From the NCBI GenBank assembly GCA_048405595.1, contig DBFJOT010000010.1, positions 7,578 through 71,577 of the forward strand: 64,000 bases of DNA, given 5' to 3'. Position 1 is the first letter of the stretch. Each line of letters starts with the position of its first letter. The notes below the pieces were generated by a model. It saw nothing but the letters and a program-made list of their open reading frames with translations. It ran no database searches and was not told where the DNA came from. This document shows positions 35,107 to 44,200 of this stretch, piece after piece. The DNA comes from Candidatus Onthovivens sp. Its GTDB lineage: Bacteria > Bacillota_I > Bacilli_A > RFN20 > CAG-826. Position numbers and translations under genes: made by a program.

Positions 35107-36519
35107 TTATTCGATATGCTCATTTCTAGTATTTATTTTGTTAATTTCATCTTCTCTTCTTTTTAAAACTTTTGGAAATGTTATAAAAATTACTGTTCCA
35201 GTAATTACTCCAGCTACTAAATCCGCAATTCCTTCAGACATATAAACTCCTTGATACCCAAGGAAATTAGAAAGCAAGAAACATAACGGAATTAAAATAA
35301 TAACTTTCCTTAAAACAGCTAAAGAAACAGCACATTTGCCTTGTCCTAATGCGACATTTATATTTTGCAATGTCATTTGGATTGTAAACATGATGGTTCC
35401 CATTAAAAATAGTGGACCATATATTTTAACTAACTTCATTACTTCTTCATTTGCGTTAAATATATAAGCATAAATTTCTGGAAAAATCATTGATACAAGA
35501 TAAAAAATCGAACCAAATGTAAAGCCAATAATGAAAGTATATTTTATTGCTTTTTTTATTCTATAAGAGTCACCTTTTCCATAGTTATAGCTTACAAAAG
35601 GTGCGATACCAAATCCTAAACCATTTAATGGCAATGATACGAGTTGAAGTGCACTTAGCATAATCGTTAAAGCAGCAACATAATTACTACTACTATCACC
35701 AGTTGTATTTTTTAAACAAACGTTAAATACAATTTGAATTGCGCTTTCAGTCGCTGTCATAATAAAAGGAGATAGGCCTAAAAATAAAAAAGCACCAATG
35801 ATTTTGAAATCAGGTTTCATATCTTTAAGTTTGAATTTAAAATTTGACCCCTTCATTGAAAAGAAACAAATTACCCAAATAAATGAAATTAATTGTGAAA
35901 TGATAGTAGCTAAAGCAGCACCTTTAACACCTAAATTCATATTAAATATAAAAATAGGATCTAAAATTATGTTGATAATTGCTCCGATTGCTGTTGTGCA
36001 CATTGCAATAAAAGCATGTCCTGTAGCACTAATAAAAGGATTTAAGCCTTGAACTAAGATTACAAAAATAGTTCCTAGAGCATAAATCTTTAAATAATCA
36101 GTTGCATAAATTAATGCGTCGTCAGGACAACCAAAAAGTAAAACTATATCTTTCGCAAAAAAGAAAAGAACGATAGTTAAAATTAATCCAATTAAAAATA
36201 GTAAAATCGAGGCATTATTAAAAATACGATTAGCTTTTTTATCATCTTTTTCACCTAAAGCCATCGACGCTTTAGGACTTGCACCTAATCCGATTAAATT
36301 CGAAAAGGCTTGAACAATAATAGTAATAGGAAGAACTATACCTAATGCTGCAAGTGCTTCTGTTTTAATACTTTCTAGATTAGAAACATACATTCTATCA
36401 ACTAAATTGTATAAAAAAGTAATAAGTTGAGCGATTACAGCTGGGATTGTAAGTTTAAAAACTAGTGGTAAAATTTTTCCACTAGCAAATTTTTTTGTTG
36501 TGTCCTTCATTTTAATCAT
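35107..36519 (-). CDS. MATE-family efflux transporter
   Basis: 470 aa with 12 TM segments. N-terminus LPLVFKLTIPAVIAQLITFLYNLVDRMYV is typical of MATE/NorM. Confidence 0.85.
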   Translation of the reverse strand: MIKMKDTTKKFASGKILPLVFKLTIPAVIAQLITFLYNLVDRMYVSNLESIKTEALAALGIVLPITIIVQAFSNLIGLGASPKASMALGEKDDKKANRIFNNASILLFLIGLILTIVLFFFAKDIVLLFGCPDDALIYATDYLKIYALGTIFVILVQGLNPFISATGHAFIAMCTTAIGAIINIILDPIFIFNMNLGVKGAALATIISQLISFIWVICFFSMKGSNFKFKLKDMKPDFKIIGAFLFLGLSPFIMTATESAIQIVFNVCLKNTTGDSSSNYVAALTIMLSALQLVSLPLNGLGFGIAPFVSYNYGKGDSYRIKKAIKYTFIIGFTFGSIFYLVSMIFPEIYAYIFNANEEVMKLVKIYGPLFLMGTIMFTIQMTLQNINVALGQGKCAVSLAVLRKVIILIPLCFLLSNFLGYQGVYMSEGIADLVAGVITGTVIFITFPKVLKRREDEINKINTRNEHIE

Positions 36520-36590
36520 ATCTTGTAAATTATATACAAGATAAATTAGTAATAATAGATTTATCTATTTTTATTATTTACTTATGAAAA

Positions 36591-37118
36591 TCAAAGTTTC
36601 AATAAATCAAAATAATAACAATTTAACGTTACAGTTTTATTTTTAAACTTTAAAAATGACTCTTCGTTTCTAACAAATATTCCACCATTTTTAATAATCA
36701 CTTTATTGCTTCCTATATTGTCAACGTTAGCACGAATTGTCATTTTGTCGTATCCAATTTCTTTTAAATAATGTAAAAAAGTGTTCAAAGCCTCACTCAT
36801 TATCCCTTGATTCCAATATTTTCTTGATAAAACATAACCTATTTCTAACTCATCTCCACGAACAAGATCAATGCAACCAATAACTTCATCATTGCCTTTG
36901 ATGGTAATGCCAAATCTTGTAATATTTGGCTCTAATTCTTCATCCTCTTTTATCCAACCCGTTAATAAACTTTTTGTAAATTCTATATTCTCATGAACAT
37001 TCCACGTTAAATATTTCGTGACTTCTTCATCGGTTGCGTAATTAGAAAATATAGCTTCAGCATCACTAAGTTTTAATCTTCTTAATATCAGTCTATTTGT
37101 TTCAATTATTTCAGGCAT
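36591..37118 (-). CDS. GNAT N-acetyltransferase (RimJ/RimL-like)
   Basis: 175 aa. TNRLILRRLKLSDAEAIF start and WNQGIMSEAL acetyl-CoA motif. Extended -10 TGATATAAT at 37145-37153 (minus strand). Confidence 0.8.
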   Translation of the reverse strand: MPEIIETNRLILRRLKLSDAEAIFSNYATDEEVTKYLTWNVHENIEFTKSLLTGWIKEDEELEPNITRFGITIKGNDEVIGCIDLVRGDELEIGYVLSRKYWNQGIMSEALNTFLHYLKEIGYDKMTIRANVDNIGSNKVIIKNGGIFVRNEESFLKFKNKTVTLNCYYFDLLKL

Positions 37119-37172
37119 ATTTTACCTCTCCACTATACAAATTTATTATATCAAAAAAATATTTTAGAAAAT

Positions 37173-37556
37173 TTGAAAAAATTTTAAATCACACCTTTTG
37201 TGTTAAGTGAAGAACACTAGTTCTAGTCATGTTAAGTTGGATATAAAATTGCAATTGCGAGAGCACTAGTAGTAACTGATGCGCATTGATTAATTAAAGT
37301 GAATCTAGCTCTATAAAACTTCTTATTCGTAAAGACTTAAACATGATTAGAAAATAATTTTTCCAGGAATTAATTGAGTTAGCCGTAATCATTAATCTCC
37401 TGCCCACCCTATGGCTTGACTTTCCCTACATCGAATCTCCATTAATTAAAAGTGGTTGAATTGTGATTAGGGATTGTTTATGCGCCCTCTAGGGTGGGAA
37501 ACCTATGCTTAAATTAAGCGAAAAAATATTTTCCGCTTTTACTCTTTTTGTCATGC
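37173..37556. repeat. Copy B of the structured intergenic element (unknown ncRNA or MITE-like repeat)
   Basis: TTGAAA (37173-37178), 17-nt spacer, TTTTGTGTTAAGTGA (37196-37210) at one end. CTTTTTGTCATGC (37544-37556) at the other end. Helix CCCACCCTA (37403-37411) / TAGGGTGGG (37490-37498). Helix CAGGAATTAAT (37364-37374) / ATTAATcTCCTG (37391-37402). Plus-strand hairpin AAGCG/CGCTT (37516-37538) followed by a T-tract. Not coding in any frame. Confidence 0.55.
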
Positions 37557-37612
37557 CTTATAAATTTAATAGCTATGGCCATGTTTATATAAATATGAAT
37601 TAAACTACCTAT

Positions 37613-37649
37613 TTTTAAAAATGGCCCGTAGAAGTATATCTACGTGGCC
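37613..37649 (-). terminator. Intrinsic terminator of the chorismate mutase operon
   Basis: Stem 37623-37632 / 37639-37649 (GGCCCGTAGA / TCTACGtGGCC, one bulge). On the minus strand AUUUUUAAAA follows. Confidence 0.7.
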
Positions 37650-37660
37650 TCTAGAGCATT

Positions 37661-37945
37661 TTAGTGTTTTTTAGACTCGCTAATGAGCTTATTTTGCATA
37701 TCTTTACTCGCTTTTAGAAAGCCTAACAATACATCTTCATAATATTTTTTGTACTCTTCGTTTTTGACTTTAGAAAGATTTTTTTCTAGCATTTTAGACT
37801 CTCTTGAAGCATCTAAAACAGGATAATCATTTTCCAATTTAAAGGATGTAACTTCTTTTACAACATCCATTCTTTCTTCAAATAGTTCAATAATTTTTGA
37901 ATCAATCTCATCGATTCTTTCTCTGCATTCTTCAAGTTTATTCAT
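37661..37945 (-). CDS. Stand-alone AroQ-class chorismate mutase
   Basis: 94 aa. LEECRERIDEIDSKIIELFEERMDVVKEV..K......PVLDASRE is the CM_2 (AroQ) helix pattern. Confidence 0.85.
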   Translation of the reverse strand: MNKLEECRERIDEIDSKIIELFEERMDVVKEVTSFKLENDYPVLDASRESKMLEKNLSKVKNEEYKKYYEDVLLGFLKASKDMQNKLISESKKH

Positions 37946-37957
37946 TTTTGATCCTTT

Positions 37958-39412
37958 TTATAAAATTATATTGCCTAAAGGATATCCAATAAGTAAAGTA
38001 ACGACTATTGAGATAATCATCAATAATCCGCCATAAATCAAAACATCCTTTGTGTTACAAGTTTCTCCACCAGCGATAATAGCAATATGAGGCATTGATG
38101 GAGGTGTTGCAAAAGCGAAACTTGCCATCATTCCAATTAAGCATATTACTGTTTCAACATTTAATGTTGAATTTATCGCTGCCAAAATCGAAGAAGCAAC
38201 TGTAGCGACTAAAGTTGCAGTTACCATATTAGAAGAAAGATTTGTTTGAATGGCAGCCCAACATACAAAGATAATAAGTAAAGCTATTTGAGGCAAATTA
38301 GCTAATGATGTACTTAAACTATTTTGTAGAAATGTTTTTAATCCGATTGCATCATTAGTTAACGCAGCACCTAAAGCTAATGTTCCTGCACACATTACTA
38401 AAGACGTCCAAGGAATTCCATTTTTAAAAGCATCGTCAATTTTTATTAAAGGCTCATTATCGACTCGAATAATGCATAAAGCAATCGTTCCAAGTAATGG
38501 AGGCATTGCTGTACCATATTTATTAATCGCATTATAGAAATCTTCACTTGCACCTTTAAATATTGAAGGTAATATCCATAATAGAATTACAACAATAAAA
38601 ATAGAAATTGTAATGATGTCACACTTATTAATTTCAGCAAGATCTTTTTTTAATGAACTAACATCAACATTTACCAATTGCTTAACATCAGGTCTAAGTA
38701 TAAATTTAAACATAAGCATCATTAAAATAAAGATAATAAGACCTACTGGAATTGCAATTGACATATATAAAATAGGTGAAACGCTAATATTAGCAGCATT
38801 CATTGCAAGTAAAGGAAAAACGTGAGCAATCGGAGTCATTCCACTGCTAATTGAAACAGTAAAACCAAGACCCATCATAAGTGTTTTTGCAACTTTATCT
38901 TCTTTATTTATGTTAGCTAAATCTAAAATCTCATTTAAAATTGGTAGCATGACAACAAATAAAACCGATGGAGAAATAAATAATCCTAGTAACAAAACAG
39001 CAGTTAAAAATAGAAAAACAAACCAATTTCCACTTCTTTTTGCTAACTTAGAATCCACAAACGATAAAGCTACCCTTTTAATTAAAGTTGTTTTTGATAA
39101 AGCGTATGTGCAAACAAAAGTAAAAAGCAAGAATACAAAAGTTGAATTTCCAAAACTACTAGTGAACGCTTTATTAAAACCAAATTTTTCTAAGAAACCT
39201 AGAGAAAAAATGCATACTAAACTAGGCCAATCAATGCCAATAGTTAGCCATAAAATAATCGTTCCTAAAAATATGAAGATTACTCCCCATCCATCGCTAG
39301 TCAATTCACCAACTGGAGGTATAAATCTCCCAACGAAGCATAAAGTTAAACAAAGCGGAATGATGATCCATCTAAATATTTTGTTATCTTTTAATTTCAT
39401 TTTATTGCTCAA
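37958..39412 (-). CDS. Anion permease (SLC13/DASS or ArsB/NhaD-superfamily)
   Basis: 484 aa polytopic membrane protein with two-fold repeat organisation. Overlaps the upstream U32 gene by 11 nt. Confidence 0.6.
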   Translation of the reverse strand: MSNKMKLKDNKIFRWIIIPLCLTLCFVGRFIPPVGELTSDGWGVIFIFLGTIILWLTIGIDWPSLVCIFSLGFLEKFGFNKAFTSSFGNSTFVFLLFTFVCTYALSKTTLIKRVALSFVDSKLAKRSGNWFVFLFLTAVLLLGLFISPSVLFVVMLPILNEILDLANINKEDKVAKTLMMGLGFTVSISSGMTPIAHVFPLLAMNAANISVSPILYMSIAIPVGLIIFILMMLMFKFILRPDVKQLVNVDVSSLKKDLAEINKCDIITISIFIVVILLWILPSIFKGASEDFYNAINKYGTAMPPLLGTIALCIIRVDNEPLIKIDDAFKNGIPWTSLVMCAGTLALGAALTNDAIGLKTFLQNSLSTSLANLPQIALLIIFVCWAAIQTNLSSNMVTATLVATVASSILAAINSTLNVETVICLIGMMASFAFATPPSMPHIAIIAGGETCNTKDVLIYGGLLMIISIVVTLLIGYPLGNIIL

Positions 39413-40622
39413 TTTTTCTTCTTAAAATATCATACTTTTTAATCGGTAAGTCAGTTTTAATGTAGAGTCTTTGTTTAACTTTTCTTACTTCATCAAGTGG
39501 ATTTAAAACTTCATCAGTAATTTCATCTATAACTAATGTTTTATTAAATGCTTCTCCATTAGAAAGCACCTCTGCTTTATCCCCTTTAAAAAATCTATTT
39601 CTAAGTTCAACTAAAACTTTTCCATCTTTTGCGTCTTCAAGCGCCATCGCAATAAATTCATGTGTTTGCAATAATTTCGATGAGTCAATATTTGTTTTAT
39701 CATTAGCACCGAAATAAAATCCAGTTGTAAAAGCACGATTTGATGTTTTTCTAAGTTCTTCTATTAAGTTAAAATCAACATTTTCATTATTTAAATACGC
39801 ATCCATTGCTCTTCTATACGCATTAACAACTGTTGCAACGTAGTATGTTGATTTCATTCTGCCCTCAATCTTAAAACTTCTAATACCAGCTTCAGCGAGT
39901 TCTTTGATGTGTTCGATCAAACACATATCTTTACTATTCAAAATGTAGGTTCCTCTTTCATCCTCTTCAACAGGATAATATTCGCCATTTTCATTTTGAC
40001 TATCTTTATTATATAAAGCATAATTCCATCTACATGGTTGTGCACAAGCGCCTTTATTAGAGTCTCTGCCTACAAAATAGTTTGATAATAAACATCTGCC
40101 ACTATAAGAAATGCACATTGCTCCATGACAAAAACATTCAATATCAACATCTTCACCAACAGCTTCTTTAATATCTTTAATTTCTTTAATAGATAATTCT
40201 CTTGCTAGAACTAAACGTTTAGCACCAAGTTTCACCCGCATTTTTGCAGAATAAACGTTAGTGATATTGGCTTGTGTAGAAACATGTAATTCAAGATTTG
40301 TATGTTCTTTTACTAAACTTGCGATTCCTAAATCGCTAACAATAACAGCATCAACTCCATTCTCATCTAAAAATTTCAAATAGTCGACCATTCCATTAAA
40401 GTCACTATTATGAGCAAGTATATTAACAGTTACGTATACCTTTACATTTCTATCATGACAATATTTAACGGCTTCGATAATTGATTGTTCATCAAACTTG
40501 TTAGCGAAAGCTCTTAATCCAAATCTTGTACCGCCAAAATAAACAGCATCACATCCAAAATGTACTGCTGCAATTAAACGTTCTTTGTCTCCAACTGGAG
40601 CTAATAATTCTAACTTTTTCAT
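39402..40622 (-). CDS. Peptidase U32-family protein (RlhA/TrhP-type RNA hydroxylation factor family)
   Basis: MKKLELLAPVG..AVYFGG..FGLRA start and the Cys cluster CHGAMCISYSGRCLLS...GACAQPCR typical of U32. I place the start at ATG 40620-40622. The ORF track extends to a GTG at 40640. Confidence 0.85.
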   Translation of the reverse strand: MKKLELLAPVGDKERLIAAVHFGCDAVYFGGTRFGLRAFANKFDEQSIIEAVKYCHDRNVKVYVTVNILAHNSDFNGMVDYLKFLDENGVDAVIVSDLGIASLVKEHTNLELHVSTQANITNVYSAKMRVKLGAKRLVLARELSIKEIKDIKEAVGEDVDIECFCHGAMCISYSGRCLLSNYFVGRDSNKGACAQPCRWNYALYNKDSQNENGEYYPVEEDERGTYILNSKDMCLIEHIKELAEAGIRSFKIEGRMKSTYYVATVVNAYRRAMDAYLNNENVDFNLIEELRKTSNRAFTTGFYFGANDKTNIDSSKLLQTHEFIAMALEDAKDGKVLVELRNRFFKGDKAEVLSNGEAFNKTLVIDEITDEVLNPLDEVRKVKQRLYIKTDLPIKKYDILRRKIEQ

Positions 40623-40776
40623 ATGTATAATAATAAACACTTTAAACTCACTTTTAAAGTAATACTGAATCTATTAAAAATATCGTTGTTTTTTTCTTGT
40701 TGAACCAATAAAATCAAGGTTACTCTAAAAGAGTAATTTTATTTAATTCATGATAATATATTAAAGGAATTTAACT

Positions 40777-43023
40777 ATGAACGAAATTTTATCACCTGCT
40801 GGAACAATTGAATCTTTTTATGCCGCGATTGCTAATGGATGCGATGCAATTTATTTAGGATTAGATAAATTCAACGCTAGAGCATATGCAAACAATTTTA
40901 CCGTTGAATCTTTAAAAGATTTAGTTTCATTTGCTCACCTTAGAAGTGTAAAAATTTACGTCACTATGAACACTATCGCCTACGATTATGAATTAGATGA
41001 AATTTATAAAACCATCGATGAACTCGCAAAAATTCATATTGACGCTTTAATAATACAAGATTTAGCAATTTTAAATTATGTAACAAATAATTACGAATCT
41101 TTAGAGGCTCACGCTTCTACACAAATGGGCATCGATGATTTAGATGGGGCAACTTTATTAAAAGAATTAGGCGTTAAAAGAATCGTTTTCGCTAGAGAAA
41201 CACCAGTTTCAACAATGAAAGAAGTAAAAGAAAAACTTAATATCGAAATCGAGGCCTTTATACATGGCGCTTTATGTGTAGCTTATAGCGGGAATTGCTT
41301 AATGAGTTCAATGATTGGTGAACGTAGCGGAAATAGAGGTCGTTGCGCTGGTTGTTGTAGACAGCCATATTCATTAATTAATTTAGACGATAACAAAGTT
41401 GTGAAAACTGGATACCTTCTTTCAATGAAAGATTTAAATGTATCTTCAAAAATCGATGATTTATCTTTCGTCGATTCTTTAAAAATTGAAGGCAGAATGA
41501 AAGAACCAAATTATGTAGCTAGTGTTACAAATTACTATAGAAAATTAGTCGATAAAGAAAACCCTAATAAGGATATCTTAAAAAAAGTTTTCAATAGAAC
41601 TTACACTGAAGGTTTTATGAATGGCGAGACCAGTTCCACTATAACTAACATTGAAAGACCTAATAATTATGGTTTCCCAATTGGAAAAGTAGTAAAAATT
41701 AATAACAACAAAATTTGGATTAGACTTACTGATACATTAAATAAAGGTGATCAACTTAGAATCGAATCTCCTAATATTTTTGATGAGATTAGCATTCCTG
41801 TTACAAAAATATTTAATGCAAATTTTAAAGAAGTCGTGTGCGAAAGCAAAATTGCTATTGTTCAACTAAACAAAAAAGTAAATTTAGGAGCTACAGTTTA
41901 TAAAACAAAAGATATTAAATTTGTAAACGAAGCAAACGATTCTTTAAAAAATTCTGAATACAAAAAGTTACCACTTGACCTGGAATTCGTTGCAAAAATA
42001 GGAAAAAATCCTCTTTTGATAGCGATTTATGAAGGAATTCAAGTTCAAGTTTCAAATGATTTTGTTGTTCAAAATGCTTTAAATAGAGCTATCACCAGTG
42101 AAAATATTGAAACACAATTATCTAAACTTAACGACACGCCTTATAAAGCGTCTTCTTTAAAATTAGATATTGATCAAAATATTTTTATCTCTTTAAAAGT
42201 CTTAAACGAATTAAGAAGAGACGCTATTGAAAAAATCAATTTAATTAGATTAGATAGGCCTTTAATTTATCACACACCTAAAAAAATTATTCCTATTAAG
42301 CACGAACAACATGAGCCAATAATCACGGCTCAAGTTTCTAACGATGAACAATTTAATGTGGTCAAAGAGTTAGGTATAAAACACATTTATTATAAAAATA
42401 TAGTTAGAAGAAATAACGAAACTTATATAGAGCCAACTGATGAAATATTATTTGGTGGACTTGGTGCAATTAACCATTACAAAAATACTGCTGTAAAATT
42501 AATTTCAGACTATTCTTTAAATGTTTCGAATCATATCTCAGCAGGTATTTTATCATCTTTAGGAGTTGATCGAGTTACATTGTCTCAAGAAATCAATAAA
42601 GAAAATATTAATAAGTTAGTTTCAAATTATATCGATGAATTCGATACTTTCCCTAATTTAGAATTGATAGTATATGGTCGAGCAACCGCGATGCATTCTA
42701 AATATTGCCCATTAAAAAGACTTGATATGTGTGGTGAATGTAAAAAACATAGCTACGCTTTAAAAGATAAATTTGCTACATTCCCATTATTTTTTAATAA
42801 CGACTGTACTATTCAAATTTTAAATAGTAAGACTTTAAATATTATGGATGACTTATCTAATTTAAATGGCGTTAACTATTATAGATTAGTTTTCACAACT
42901 GAAAGCCCATCTGAAGTTAAAGAAATTACCACTTCTTTTATAAATAAACTAGAGGGGAAAAATATCAAACTTTTTGATCCAAATAAAAATACGAGAGGAC
43001 ACTTTATAAAGAATCCTCTCTAA
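40777..43023 (+). CDS. Long peptidase U32-family protein (748 aa)
   Basis: EILSPAGT..AIYLGL..FNARA, IHGALCVAYSGNCLMS...GRCAGCCRQPY, then a roughly 350-aa C-terminal extension containing a second CxxC pair (CPLKRLDMCGECKKH). Confidence 0.85.
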   Translation: MNEILSPAGTIESFYAAIANGCDAIYLGLDKFNARAYANNFTVESLKDLVSFAHLRSVKIYVTMNTIAYDYELDEIYKTIDELAKIHIDALIIQDLAILNYVTNNYESLEAHASTQMGIDDLDGATLLKELGVKRIVFARETPVSTMKEVKEKLNIEIEAFIHGALCVAYSGNCLMSSMIGERSGNRGRCAGCCRQPYSLINLDDNKVVKTGYLLSMKDLNVSSKIDDLSFVDSLKIEGRMKEPNYVASVTNYYRKLVDKENPNKDILKKVFNRTYTEGFMNGETSSTITNIERPNNYGFPIGKVVKINNNKIWIRLTDTLNKGDQLRIESPNIFDEISIPVTKIFNANFKEVVCESKIAIVQLNKKVNLGATVYKTKDIKFVNEANDSLKNSEYKKLPLDLEFVAKIGKNPLLIAIYEGIQVQVSNDFVVQNALNRAITSENIETQLSKLNDTPYKASSLKLDIDQNIFISLKVLNELRRDAIEKINLIRLDRPLIYHTPKKIIPIKHEQHEPIITAQVSNDEQFNVVKELGIKHIYYKNIVRRNNETYIEPTDEILFGGLGAINHYKNTAVKLISDYSLNVSNHISAGILSSLGVDRVTLSQEINKENINKLVSNYIDEFDTFPNLELIVYGRATAMHSKYCPLKRLDMCGECKKHSYALKDKFATFPLFFNNDCTIQILNSKTLNIMDDLSNLNGVNYYRLVFTTESPSEVKEITTSFINKLEGKNIKLFDPNKNTRGHFIKNPL

Positions 43024-43310
43024 ATATTTTTGGCTATCAATATTTTAAAAATAATTATTACGAATTTCTTCGGTTTCTTCTTTATTACTTAAAAACTATA
43101 TGGAATATTCATTATAATTCATTACTACATTACATTATTCCCAGAAAGATAAGATTAATAATCTTCGATGTTTTAAAGAAATTCTTATTAGATTTTTCTC
43201 AAAACATATGGGTATCATTTATTTAGTAGGGTTTTATTTTTCTAGTAGAACCAAATTTCTAAAATCCGTCGGTTCGAACAAATTTTTATCTACTAACAAA
43301 ACGCAAAAAT

Positions 43311-43333
43311 TAAAAAAGCCCGATTTCTCGAGC
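43311..43333 (-). terminator. Intrinsic terminator downstream of tRNA-Trp
   Basis: Minus strand reads GCUCGA-GAAA-UCGGGC (43318-43333) followed by U6. Confidence 0.7.
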
Positions 43334-43386
43334 AAATATCGTTCATCTTGAGACTCTTGCTTTGTTTCAAAATGTTAGTTATAAGA

Positions 43387-43460
43387 TGGCGGGGGTTAAA
43401 GGAATCGAACCCTTATCAACGGTTTTGGAGACCGCTGTTCTACCATTGAACCAAACCCCC
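43387..43460 (-). tRNA. tRNA-Trp (anticodon CCA), CCA encoded
   Basis: GGGGGUUUGGUUCAAUGGUAGAACAGCGGUCUCCAAAACCGUUGAUAAGGGUUCGAUUCCUUUAACCCCCGCCA. Cloverleaf with anticodon loop CUCCAAA. Confidence 0.9.
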
Positions 43461-43493
43461 ATATTTCTATAGGCTTTTTAGCAAGCCTATAGA

Positions 43494-43916
43494 TTATAAA
43501 CTTTTTAATACCTTATTTACAAGCCCCATATCACATTTACCAGCATAATTTTGCTTAAAATGCTTCATAACACTTGGAATTGACTTATCTTCAAGTGAAG
43601 AAATGACTTCTTTAATCTCTTCTTCACTCATCATCTTAGGTAAATAAGATGCGATTGCTTTGATTTGATAATCGATTTTAGCAACTGACTCAGGTCTATT
43701 TGCTTGGACGTATCCAGCTTTTTCTTCTTCTAACTCTTTAGTTGTTTTATTAATAATTTGAATTAAATCTAAATCAGTTAATTCTTTTCCTTTAGCTTTA
43801 GCTTCATATCCTAAAACCATATATTTATTAATAATGACACTAAGAACTGCTCTTTTATCTTGATCTTTTTCTTTTAAAGCAATCATGTTTTCTTTTTTGA
43901 TTGTATCAATTAACAT
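43494..43916 (-). CDS. yqeY: GatB/YqeY-domain protein
   Basis: 140 aa. MLIDTIKKENMIALKEKDQDKRAVLSVI... is full-length YqeY-like. Confidence 0.85.
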   Translation of the reverse strand: MLIDTIKKENMIALKEKDQDKRAVLSVIINKYMVLGYEAKAKGKELTDLDLIQIINKTTKELEEEKAGYVQANRPESVAKIDYQIKAIASYLPKMMSEEEIKEVISSLEDKSIPSVMKHFKQNYAGKCDMGLVNKVLKSL

Positions 43917-43928
43917 AATTTACTCCGT

Positions 43929-44171
43929 TTATTTAATGAAACGTCCTTTATTCTTTCCTTTAGAGGCGTGCACAAGTAAAGTTCCATCTTGGTTTTTAAC
44001 AAGTGTGGAACAATATTCCATAGCTTCTTCTTTAGTAGCGAAAGTTTTTATAACTTTTGCTCCTTCTTTAAGAATTACTTCCCAACGACCATCTTCAGGT
44101 CTTTTCTTAAGATGATAAACTTTTTTCTTAGGTGTAGTTTTTTCTACAACCTTTTCATCCTTTGTTGCCAT
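43929..44171 (-). CDS. DUF2188-like small protein
   Basis: 80 aa. VYHLKKRPEDGRWEVILKEGAKVIKTFATKEEAMEYC is the DUF2188 pattern (assignment from memory). Confidence 0.6.
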   Translation of the reverse strand: MATKDEKVVEKTTPKKKVYHLKKRPEDGRWEVILKEGAKVIKTFATKEEAMEYCSTLVKNQDGTLLVHASKGKNKGRFIK

Positions 44172-44200
44172 AGCTTAATACCTCCCCTATAAGTTATAAA

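Noticed and set aside
37403-37430. RNase P RNA-like string on the minus strand of copy B: GGGAAAGUCAAGCCAUAGGGUGGGCAGG resembles GAGGAAAGUCCGGGCUCCAUAGGGCAGGGUGCCAGG.
   Set aside because: The near-invariant AGGAAAGUCC is not matched (G for A, A for C). The AUAGGGUGGG segment pairs with CCCACCCUA lying 5' of it, which is incompatible with P4/P5 topology. No P1 pairing or 3' ACAGAA..GGCUUA module is in the right place. The paralogous copy A lacks the string entirely.
37488-37505. T-box-like sequence CTAGGGTGGGAAACC followed by a terminator-like hairpin.
   Set aside because: In a T-box the GGGUGG is invariant and bulged to bind the tRNA CCA end. Here it forms a helix with CCCACCCTA and is replaced by GGACGGG/CCCGTC in copy A. 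No Stem I specifier features are present and no downstream gene lies on that strand.
43262-43285. GGTTCGAAC T-loop-like string suggesting a tRNA remnant near tRNA-Trp.
   Set aside because: The flanking bases cannot form a T-stem, and no acceptor or anticodon arms can be drawn.
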